This document shows, in pieces, positions 19,157-28,700 of a stretch of DNA of 64,000 nt. The stretch is from Candidatus Adlerbacteria bacterium (GTDB lineage Bacteria; Patescibacteriota; Minisyncoccia; Phycocordibacterales; SBAW01). Numbering within the stretch: position 1 is the stretch's first letter; every line of letters starts with the position of its first letter. Location: contig CAWCNA010000013.1 in the NCBI GenBank assembly GCA_963796795.1, positions 11,571 through 75,570 of the forward strand. The letters run 5' to 3'. The translations under genes and the position numbers were made by a program. The notes beneath the pieces are model-generated. The model searched no databases. It had not been told where the DNA came from and was given only the letters and a program-made list of their open reading frames with translations.

Positions 19157-20321
19157 TGATGCAGTTGTCTGTTCCTAAGCAAAGTACATTAGTACTCGTA
19201 GTGGAAGCGGTGAGCAGATCAGTAACAGTTGACGTTGCATTGATTTGATTAACGTTGGTGTTGTTGATGGTTGTTGTACCAGTCAAGAAAACATTTTGTG
19301 CAGAGATGTTCCCTCCTACGTTGAGATTACCGTCTTCATCAATGCTCATAATCTGCCTTCCCAACTGATTTTCAAAGTTGAGTGCGTTTGGAACCCCAGG
19401 GTTTTCAGTAATCCTGAAGTTGTTTGCAAACACTGCGTCACCGAAGAACTGATCACTCCCTGCTCCGTTGCTGGAGTTCAAGAGCATTGAAGTCGAAGTC
19501 AGCGCAATACCAACTTTATATGTTGATGAGGTAGTGGTGAGGCTGTTGCCGTTGAAATAATACGTCGAGCCGGCAGTGAGACCGGAAAGACCAGAAACAA
19601 TACCGTTCGACGCAACCGTCACGATGCCATTCGCGCTCGCGGCATTCGTGGCCATGCCAAGGTTGTTGGAGGAAGGAGTTTGAGAAGTGGAGACAACGGC
19701 GGCGGCGTAGTTTGTGCTGTCGCCCTGATACGCCACGACGAATGAGGTGGAGGAGAGGACGGCGACGGAGGTAAAGGCGGAGCTGACGGCGTTGAGAGCA
19801 GCGGGGGTGCCGGCGGTGATGGTGGTGCCAGAGACGGTGGCGACGACGGCGTTGGCGTAGCCTGTGTTGTTGCTCTCGATACCCCACCACGAATGAGGTG
19901 GAGGAGAGGGCAGCGACGGAGGTGTAGATGCCGGGGGCGTTGGTGAGGTCGACGAGGGAACCATGACCAGTGACGGAGGTGCCGGAGACGGTGGCGACGA
20001 CGGCGGTGACATGGGTACTGCCGTCCCTATACGCCACAACGAAGTGTGTGGAGTCGAGGGCGGCAACGGAGTCGTAGTTGGAGGTTTGCGAAGAGTTGAC
20101 GGTGGCAAAAGTGCCGGCAGTGATGGTGGTGCCGGAGACGGTGGCGACAACGGCGTCCGCGTAGAGGTTGCTATCCTGGTACGCCACCACGAACGACGTG
20201 GATGATAAGGCGGAGACGGAGGTGTAGGTGGAGGCGAGAGAGTTGAGGACGACTGGAGTGCCGGCGGTGATGGTGGTGCCAGAGACGGTGGCGACGACGG
20301 CGTTGGCGAAGCCTGAGGCAC
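19077..20321 (-). CDS. Giant surface protein, unit 2 3' segment (FFGDAVFANNFRITENPG domain; 5' half of the ORF is out of frame)
   Basis: C-terminal ~250 aa 'GYANAVVATVSGTTITAGTPAALNAV...FFGDAVFANNFRITENPGVPNALNFENQLGRQIMSIDEDGNLNVGG...FTAPDLSGYATLF' is real. The Pro-rich N-terminal part is alternate-frame junk. Confidence 0.5.
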   Translation of the reverse strand: MPQASPTPSSPPSLAPPSPPALQSSSTLSPPPTPPSPPYHPRRSWWRTRIATSTRTPLSPPSPAPPSLPALLPPSTLRKPPTTTPLPPSTPHTSLWRIGTAVPMSPPSSPPSPAPPSLVMVPSSTSPTPPASTPPSLPSPPPHSWWGIESNNTGYANAVVATVSGTTITAGTPAALNAVSSAFTSVAVLSSTSFVVAYQGDSTNYAAAVVSTSQTPSSNNLGMATNAASANGIVTVASNGIVSGLSGLTAGSTYYFNGNSLTTTSSTYKVGIALTSTSMLLNSSNGAGSDQFFGDAVFANNFRITENPGVPNALNFENQLGRQIMSIDEDGNLNVGGNISAQNVFLTGTTTINNTNVNQINATSTVTDLLTASTTSTNVLCLGTDNCISDWSQIAPTSTPVFTAPDLSGYATLF

Positions 20322-22227
20322 CCCGATACGCTACCACAAAGTGCGTGGAGTCGAGTGCGGCGGCGGATTCGTAGCCGGCGGTGACAGCATTGAGAGCAAC
20401 GGGGGTGCCGGCGGTGATGGTGGTGCCAGAGACGGTGGCGACGACGGCGTTGGCGAAATTTGAAGCACCCGCGTAGGCCACCACAAAGTGCGTGGAGTCG
20501 AGTGCGGCGACGGAGGTGTAGGAGGAGCTGACGGCGTTGATGGCGACGGGGGTGCCGTAGGTGATGGTGGTGCCAGAGACGGTGGCGACGACGGCTTCAG
20601 CAAAGCCTGTGCTTCTGTTCACATATGCCACGACGAATGAGGTGGAGGAGAGGGCGGCGGCGGAGGTGTAGTCGGAAGCAACGGCATTGGCGACGACGGG
20701 GGTGCCGGTGGTGATGGCGTTTTGCGCCTTCGTGGCTTTTCCGTTGATAAACGCCACGATGTTCCCGACATTGATCGCACTGCTCCCCGAATCCACCGTG
20801 TAGTCGGCGGTGAGTTGTTTCAGTTTTGCGGTGAGTGCACCTGTCGAATCAACTTTCAATACGTTCGCACCAGTTGATGACGCGACGTCAAAGATGTCAG
20901 TTGAGCCAGGTGTCCCCTGAATGGAGAGTGCTGCAAGTGGCGACGAGGTGCCGATGCCAAAGAATCCAGTAGCACTAAGTGTGAGCGTCGAAGTGCCAAC
21001 TTCATTGTTAGTGCTGGAGAAATATGGGATTTGGCCGGTTGTACCTACCGAAGGCGTAAGGCATTTGTTGTTGTAGAGCAAACACCCAGCATTGAGTTGG
21101 ATACCATTTGAGAAGGTTGATGTTGCAGTGCCGGTGACATTGAGTGCAAATGCTTGGAGCCCCCCAGCAAACGTACTCGTCGAGAGATTGGAGACAATGA
21201 GATTTGTGAGAGTTGAGGTGCCTGCACTAAGTGTTCCTGCACCAATGATATTACCTGCCGCGTCGATGGTGGTGGTTGCAGTGGCACCGAAGTAGGCGTT
21301 GTTGAAGACAGAGAATTGTGAGGTAGAAGCGTTGGTGAATTGCAACTGACCCGTTGCGAATGTCCCTCCGATTGAAAGGTTGCCTGGGATTGAAAGGTTG
21401 CCTGTATTACTAATGTTGAAGACTGACGTGTAAGCCTGCGTACCAGGAGCACTGCGCTTGAGCGAGAACGCATCACTCTGTCCACCAAGCTGGAAGTCCC
21501 ATGCTGGGTAGGAGTTGTTGATGAGTGAGCCAGTACCGGTGTCGTTTGAGGCAATGTTTAAGTCACCTGTGTTGGACGGTATATAGAAGGAGTATGGAAT
21601 GGCAGCATTACCGTTTGCACCAGAGAGGTTCGCTAAGGTGAGGAGTGATGAATTACCAGAGGCATAGTTCCCTTCTACATCAAGTTTAGCCTTCGGTGCA
21701 GTAGTAGATGCAATACCAAGGCCAAGAGAACCACTGGTATTAAGGAAGATGTTGTTACTCCCCCAGTTGTTGGTGTTGAGTGCGGTGTTTAAGCTCACCG
21801 GTACCGTACAGGTGCCACTCTGGCCTGCCGTACATGCACCACCTGTGGACTTTACATACAAGAGGTCGAAGTCGCCTGCGTTGATTGGTGCACCCGAGAC
21901 TGCAGAGTTTGTTTCAGCGAAGCCAAGGTCTCCCGCAATGACCTTGTTGGCGTAGATTGCTGAAAGGCGCTCTGTTGGAGTACCGAGTGTAAAGAGGTTG
22001 TCTCCTGCTGGGATGAGGTTACCTGAGAGTGTTCCTCCTGCAAGGAGTGTTCCGTTTGCACTTGATGATGCGATTGCAGAGAGTGCTGAGGCGAGTTGTG
22101 TGTTTGTGATGTAGGTGGAGAGGGTTGAGGTGGAGACGAAGCCAGCAAGTGATGGAAGGTCAGAAAAGCTTTGCGTATGCAGAGAGGTCAGGTGCAGTAA
22201 AAGGTGTTGATGTCGGGATTGCTGCAA
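19516..22227 (-). CDS. Giant surface protein, tandem unit 2 (cassette plus ~40-aa 'DSTHFVVAY' repeats; 3' end out of frame)
   Basis: 903-aa ORF. 'ALDSTHFVVAYRGASGFANAVVATVSGTTITAGTPV.LN' is repeated at least 6 times. The last ~130 codons (His/Arg-rich) are frameshift junk. Confidence 0.6.
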   Translation of the reverse strand: MQQSRHQHLLLHLTSLHTQSFSDLPSLAGFVSTSTLSTYITNTQLASALSAIASSSANGTLLAGGTLSGNLIPAGDNLFTLGTPTERLSAIYANKVIAGDLGFAETNSAVSGAPINAGDFDLLYVKSTGGACTAGQSGTCTVPVSLNTALNTNNWGSNNIFLNTSGSLGLGIASTTAPKAKLDVEGNYASGNSSLLTLANLSGANGNAAIPYSFYIPSNTGDLNIASNDTGTGSLINNSYPAWDFQLGGQSDAFSLKRSAPGTQAYTSVFNISNTGNLSIPGNLSIGGTFATGQLQFTNASTSQFSVFNNAYFGATATTTIDAAGNIIGAGTLSAGTSTLTNLIVSNLSTSTFAGGLQAFALNVTGTATSTFSNGIQLNAGCLLYNNKCLTPSVGTTGQIPYFSSTNNEVGTSTLTLSATGFFGIGTSSPLAALSIQGTPGSTDIFDVASSTGANVLKVDSTGALTAKLKQLTADYTVDSGSSAINVGNIVAFINGKATKAQNAITTGTPVVANAVASDYTSAAALSSTSFVVAYVNRSTGFAEAVVATVSGTTITYGTPVAINAVSSSYTSVAALDSTHFVVAYAGASNFANAVVATVSGTTITAGTPVALNAVTAGYESAAALDSTHFVVAYRGASGFANAVVATVSGTTITAGTPVVLNSLASTYTSVSALSSTSFVVAYQDSNLYADAVVATVSGTTITAGTFATVNSSQTSNYDSVAALDSTHFVVAYRDGSTHVTAVVATVSGTSVTGHGSLVDLTNAPGIYTSVAALSSTSFVVGYREQQHRLRQRRRRHRLWHHHHRRHPRCSQRRQLRLYLRRRPLLHLIRRGVSGRQHKLRRRRCLHFSNSFLQQPWHGHECREREWHRDGCVERYCFWSFRSHCRLDVLFQRQQPHHYLINI

Positions 22228-22708
22228 GTGCCGCAGTCAGTTGTGCGGTGAAGTTTGCTGTAAGGGATGCTGTCGCAGAAGCAAGCGCAGTATTTAATGT
22301 ACTTGTTGAGACGAACGAAGAAAGATCAGGGAATGTAACCGGAGTAGTAGTTGCCATAGTTGGCCATGCATTTCGGCAATCACCGTTCAAGCACAGTGTG
22401 CTTGTAGTTGTGGTCCCTGCAGTGAGCAGATCAGTAACAGTTGACGTTGCGTTGATTTGATCAATATTGGTGTTGCTGATGGTTGTCGTTCCAGTTAGAA
22501 AGACATTTTGTGCAGAGATGTTCCCTCCCACATTAAGATTGCCATCTTCATCGATGCTCAAGATCTGCCTGCCGAGCTGGTTTTCAAAGTTGAGTGCATT
22601 CGGCAACCCCGGATTTTCTGTAATTCTGAAGTTGTTGGCGAAGACCGCGTCACCGAAGAATTGGTCTGTGGCAGAACTTACTCCCCCATTGCCCGAGTTG
22701 AGAAGCAT
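22160..22708 (-). CDS. FFGDAVFANNFRITENPG-domain segment, probable continuation of ORF 22678..33462 via frameshift
   Basis: 182-aa ORF overlapping the stop of the 3594-aa ORF by 31 nt. It encodes the domain that follows the repeat region in every paralog and ends 'FTAPDLSAYAKLF'. Confidence 0.5.
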   Translation of the reverse strand: MLLNSGNGGVSSATDQFFGDAVFANNFRITENPGLPNALNFENQLGRQILSIDEDGNLNVGGNISAQNVFLTGTTTISNTNIDQINATSTVTDLLTAGTTTTSTLCLNGDCRNAWPTMATTTPVTFPDLSSFVSTSTLNTALASATASLTANFTAQLTAALAAIPTSTPFTAPDLSAYAKLF

Positions 22709-25700
22709 CGAAGTGGTGGTGAGGGCGATGCCGACTTTGTAGGACTGTACGGTAGTAGTGAGGCCAGTTGTGCCGAAGTAGTACGTACTTCCCCTGTGAG
22801 ACCAGACAATCCAGTCACAATACCGTTTGATGCAACGGTCACTGTGTTGTTGGTGGTCGTCGTGGCATTCGTTGCCATGCCGAGGATGTTGGGGGAAGTG
22901 ACGAGTGGTAACGTGCCGACGACGGCGGTGGCCGCGAAGGGCGCATTAGTAACGTTCTGATACGCCACCGCGAAGTGAGTGGAGTCGAAGGCGGCGACGG
23001 AGGTGTAGAGGGAGCCAACGCCGTTGAGGATGACAGGCGTACTTGCGGTAATAGTAGTGCCGGAGACCGAAGAGACAACGGCGCCGATAAAATTACTGCT
23101 GCTGATATTTTTATACGCCACCGCGAAGTGAGTGGAGTCGAGGGCGGCGACGGAGACGTTGCTGGTGCCGATAGAGTTAAGGGCAGTGGGTGTTCCAGCA
23201 GTGATGGTAGTACCGGAGACGGTGCTGACGACGGCGGCGTCGCCACCATTGGTACCATCTCCATACGCAACGACGAAGTGAGTGGAGTCGAGTTTGGCGG
23301 CGGAGTCGTAGTTGGAGAGGACAGCATTGAGGACGATGGGGGTGCCGACAGTGATGGTGGTGCCGGAGACGGAGGAGGCAACGGCGTTGGCAAAAGTTGT
23401 AGAAGAATTCCGATACCCCACCACGAAGTGCGTGGAGTCGAGGGCGGCGACGGATTCGTAGTCGGAAGGGACAGCATTGAGGGCGATGGGGGTGCCGGCA
23501 GTGATGGTGGTGCCAGAGACGGAGGAGGCAACGGCGTTGGCAAAAGTTGTAACAGAATTTTGATATGCCACCACGAAGTGCGTGGAGTCGAGGGCGGCGG
23601 CAGAGATCGGGTAACCAGCGGAGTAGGTGGCGTTTACGGTAACGGCCGAGCCGGGGGTAATGGTGGTGCCTCCCGAAACGGTGCTGACAACTGCGGAGAC
23701 GTAGTAAGGCGTGGCTTCAATATACGCCACCACAAAGTGGGTAGAGTCGAGCGCGGCGACGGATACCTCGTTAAGAGCGTTGGAGGTGATAAGAACAGGA
23801 GTGCCGGGAGTAATTGTGCTACCAGATACGGAGGAAACGACCGAGTAGACGTAGCCGGTACTGCCATCATTATACGCCGTTACGAAATGTGTGGAGTCTA
23901 GGGCAGCGGCGGAGATGTTTGTGGAGTTGGTAGAATTGAGAGCAACAGGAGTTCCCGCGCTAGGAATAGTGCCAGTTGTATTAACAACTTTCGTTGCCTT
24001 CCCATTGATGTAAGAAACAATATCACCAACATTAATCTGTGCACTCCCTGAATCAACAACATAGTCAGCAGTCAAATTCTTGAGCTTTGCAGTGAGTGCA
24101 CCAGTAGCATCAACTTTGAGAACGTTTGCACCTGTTGATGAAGCAAGGTCGAAGATATCAGTTGAGCCAGGTGTTCCCTGTATAGAGAGAGTTGCAAGTG
24201 GTGAAGTCGTACCGATGCCAAAGAATCCAGCAGCGCTGAGTGTAAGAGTGGATGTACCAACTGCAGTGTTCGTACCAGAGAAGTATGTGAGTTGGCCAGT
24301 TGTGCCTTGCGGAGTAGTGAGGCAGGTGCCGTTGTACTGGAAGCAACCACCAGTAATGGAGATACCGCTTGCAAACGTACTCGTTGAAAGATTCGTGACA
24401 ATGAGATTTGAGAGGGTTGAGGTGCCTGCACTAAGCGTACCTGCACCAACAATGTTGCCTGCCGCGTCGATGGTGGTGGTTGCAGTTGCACCGAAGTAGG
24501 CTTTCTGGAAGATGGAGAGCTGTGAGGTAGAAGCGTTGGTGAATTGCAACTGACCCGTTGCGAATGTCCCTCCGATTGAAAGGTTGCCTGGGATTGAAAG
24601 GTTGCCTGTATTACTAATGTTGAAGACTGACGCATAGCTCTGCGTACCAGGAGCACTGCGCTTGAGTGAGAACGCATCACTCTGCCCACCAAGCTGGAAG
24701 TCCCATGCAGAGTAGGAGTTGTTGATGAGTGAACCAGTACCTGTGTCGTTTGAGGCAATGTTTAAGTCGCCTGTGTTGGACGGTATATAGAAGGAGTATG
24801 GAATGGCGGCATTGCCGTTTGCACCAGAGAGGTTAGCTAAGGTGAGGAGTGATGAATTACCAGACGCATAGTTCCCTTCTACATCAAGCTTTGCCTTAGG
24901 TGCAGTTGTTGATGCAATACCAAGGCCAAGTGAACCTGATGTATTGAGGTAGATGTTGTTACTTCCCCAGTTGTTGGAGTTGAGGGCGGTGTTGAGGTTG
25001 ATTGGAACAGTGTGAGTAGTACCGCCAGTTGAGGTGACATACAAAGAGACAACATCACCGGGTACAAGTGGTGCACCCGATACTGCAGAGTTTGTTTCAG
25101 TAAAGGTGAGGTCGCCTGCATTAACATTTTTTGCAAATACATCAGTGAAGCGGTTTGTTGCAGTACCAAGCGTAAAGAGATTGTCGCCTGCTGGCACTAG
25201 GCTACCGTCCAGAGTGCCGCCTGCAAGAAGTGTTCCATTTGCACTTGATGATGCAATTGCAGAGAGTGCTGATGCAAGCTGAGTGCCCGTGATGTAGGTG
25301 GAGAGGGTTGAACTTGAAACAAACTGGGTGAAGTCAGGGAGAGAAGCGAAGAATGAGGAGGTTGCGAGGGCGAGTGCGTTGTTAAATGTGCTTGTGGAAA
25401 CAAAACCCGAAAGATCGATGGGTTGGCTCGATGATGCTGTGGTGGTACCGAGCTGATCAAAACTATTAATGCAGGTGCCGCCAAGGCACAGTGCAGTAGT
25501 GGTTGTGGTCGCTGCGGTGAGAGTGCCGGTTGTTGTTGTTGAAGCAGTGAGTGTATCTGCCACTACCCCATTAAAGAGCCCTGTCGTTGCGTATAGTGCA
25601 TGGTCGAATACGTGGACTATTGGGTCGGTCAGTGATGCGAGCGCACCTCGGACAAGGCCACTCGATGCTGCAAATGCGCCCGACCATGGTGTTGCAGGCG

Positions 25701-28700
25701 TCGATGTTGCCGAGGTGGAAGTGGTAAGGTCATTTACACTCGTTGTTGCGAGTAACGAATCAATGTGTGTCGAGAGCACATTAACTTGTGCAATAAAACT
25801 GGTGAACAAATTCGAAATTGTATCACTCACTGAAGGCGTCGAGCTTGCATCACTTTGTGTGCTGCTTGCCGATGAGCCGTTTAAGAAACGATTTGTTATT
25901 GCTTGAATAAGGCCGCCAACAAAATCGAACGCATCTGTCGTTGTTGCAGTCGGCTGCGCGAGCAATTGCTGTCCCACCGCCGAGGCATTCGTCCCTTTTT
26001 GAAGATTCAAAAATACTTCTATCGTTGTGCCGGTTGAACTTGCCGTAAATGCCTCAAGCGCATTTCCAATTGACGGGTCGAGCGGGCCCGCTTTCATACC
26101 AACACCCGGCACTGACGAAATAGTTATTGGGTCGCCAATTGCGATGGGGCCGTTTTCAAGCGAGACCTTTGTTGGCACACGGCCCGACAGCGCCACTTCC
26201 CGCTGCCCGCTTGTGTCGGTAGGTTGTGCAAGCACAAGCCCTGGGTCTGTTGAGATAACACCTGCGAGGATATTTGCCTCTCCTTCCGTAGCGCGCGTTA
26301 CATTCACCGGAGTTGATGTATCAAACGCGACGATATCGCCGGCCGCTATAGAAGAGTCGAGTACTGGGTAGTATTCGGCGAGGTCGGCACCGCCGTTTGT
26401 GAGATAGCGCACAATAACAATACCCGAACCGCCCGTACCCGAGCCGGTATTCCATCCGCCATTTGGAGCCCAGTACGAACATCCGCCGCCGCCGCCGCCG
26501 GTGTTTGCTATCGCATTCGGAACTGCACTTCCTTGCGTGGTTCCGTTAACCCCAGCGGAGTATGAAGAATAGCTGTAATAGGATGTTGTGCCGCAGCCAC
26601 GGCCGCCGCCGGCAAATCCATCGCCTGCGCGCTCGCTCGAGTTACCGCTACCGCCGCCGCCGCCTGCGTATGCAACCGACGAACCGGTGATGGAACTCAC
26701 GTATCCCGCACCGCCGTTGCCACCTGTCGCACCACTACTGCCGCTAATACCCTGGCCGCCTGCACCTCCGCCGCCTGCACCAGTCCAACTTACGGTGCTA
26801 GCGCCGCCGGCATTTCCATACCCATTTGTTTGCGTAGATGCACCTGCAGCACCGCCGCCTTGTGCCGCGCCGCCGCCCGAACCGCCGCTACCTGCGGCGG
26901 TTGCACTCCCAGTCGAGGCGCCGCCGCCGCCGCCAAGTGCTGTGTAGGTACCGAAGACGGAACTTTGGCCATTATTACCAACGCCAATGGTGACACTTGG
27001 AACGGCAGCACCGCCGTTACCAACAGTAACCGTATAGGCGCCGGGAGTTACGGGAACAATGGTGTCAATAACGCCGCCGCCGCCGCCGCCGCCGTTTGCG
27101 TTTGTCGTATTGTTATTGCCGCCCGAGCCACCGCCGCCGACAACGAGCACTTCCACGTTTGCACCCGTTGCGGCAGAAGAAACGGTAAATGTGCCACTTG
27201 TTGTGAAAGTCTGGATAGTATAGAGACCGCTCGTTGTCACCGTGCCACCGGATGCACTCACCTGGCCGGTTGGAGTTGGAGTTATATCTGCGACACTTGT
27301 CGAAGGATACGAGCGACCCGGACCCCACATTATGCGCACCGCGCCCGAGCCACCATTGCCACCGCCAAACGATGTGCCGCCACCGCCACCGCCACCGCCG
27401 TATGCACCACCATATATAGTACCGTTTGCACTTTGGCTACTACTTGGCTCGCCGAAGGCACCGTTCTGGCCGCCCGAACCACCACCACCGCCACCACCGG
27501 TCCCTAATGTACAGCCACTCACACCGTCAGAGCCTTGCCCCAAAATGCCAACGCCGCCGCCGCCGCCCGAACCGTACGTAGAAGAATATGAGCACGGGCC
27601 GCCGCCGCCGCCCGACCCAGTTTGTGCTGCAACACTGTTACCATCTGCACCGTGGCCTGCATATCCGCCTGCGCCACCCGCATCATAGGTGGTGCTTGTA
27701 TTACCACCGCGGCCGCCGCCGTCGCCGGTAAAACCGCCACCCGAATTTACAGTTGATGCCGTTGACCCCGAACCTCCTTGCCCCGCACCATAGCCAGCAA
27801 CAGTAGCCGTGCTTACGAAATAAGAATTGTTACCGTTCGTGGGCGAAGTACTGTACGTGCCGCCCGCACCGACCACCACGGTATAGGTCTGGCCCGGTAC
27901 CACGGTAATATTATTTTTATATCCGAGGCCGCCGCCCGCACCGCCATGGTTCGACCAGGACGACGAACCGCCGCCGCCGCCGCCGACTGCAACCACGCTG
28001 ATGCTTGTGACGCCCGCTGGTGCCGTCCACGAATAGGTGCCGGGGGCAGTGTAGGCTTGCTGGCCTGGTGCGGGAATAGTTGTAAGGCTAAATGTTGCGA
28101 TGGTCGGGCCTACTGTTAGTGTTGAAGTTAAGGTAACGGAATAAATACTCGAGGACGTCATACTCACTCGCACATATTGATTATTGAGTACAGTACCCGG
28201 CGAACTGGTCCAATTTTGGACGACAGACGCACACGCGCTGTCACTGCACACTTGGTATTGGGGCGATCCAGAGCCACTCACCGAAATTGCTACAGGAATG
28301 TTTATGCCCGTAATCTGCTGAGTCGTCGACGTTGCAACGCTAGACAATTGAACAAGGCTGCCTGCGGTTTGATCGGTTGTGAGTGTAGAAGGAAATGAGC
28401 GCCCACTGCCCCATATAATGCGCACGGCACCCGAGCCGCCTGCGCCGCCGCCAACAGTTGTACCAGGGCCACCGCCACCGCCACCGTATGCGCCGCCTGT
28501 GATTGTTCCGTTCGTACTTTGGTTACTATTTGGCTCTCCATCAGCTCCATTTGCACCACCCGAACCTCCGCGGCCGCCTTCCAAACCGGCACCTGAGGTA
28601 CCTGCCACCCCACTTGTACCTTGGCCCAAAATACCAACACCGCCGCCGGCAGAAGTGCCGTAAGTGCTCGAATAGTAATACCCGCCGCCGCCACCACCAC

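Larger units (their letters stand above)
17600..25500. repeat. Tandem triplication of a ~3.2-kb coding unit (cores about 17650-19150, 20830-22380, 24050-25500)
   Basis: 18241-18740 is nearly identical (1 mismatch seen) to 21461-21960, an offset of 3220. Plus-strand marker ORFs 18528.. and 21749.. share an identical 67-aa translation. The third copy starts near 24667 at ~90% identity. Confidence 0.75.

Noticed and set aside
19077-23543. Pro/Ser-rich 'PSLAPPSPPAP' ORFs (20331..20603, 22839..23543, 5' half of 19077..20321) and His/Arg-rich ORF tails
   Set aside because: These are alternate-frame translations of the DSTHFVVAY repeat region on the same strand. They appear only because of local frameshifts.
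17600-25500. Possible CRISPR or other non-coding tandem repeat array
   Set aside because: The repeats are 3.2 kb long and protein-coding, with an open reading frame throughout. There is no short repeat-spacer periodicity, and no cas genes in the window.
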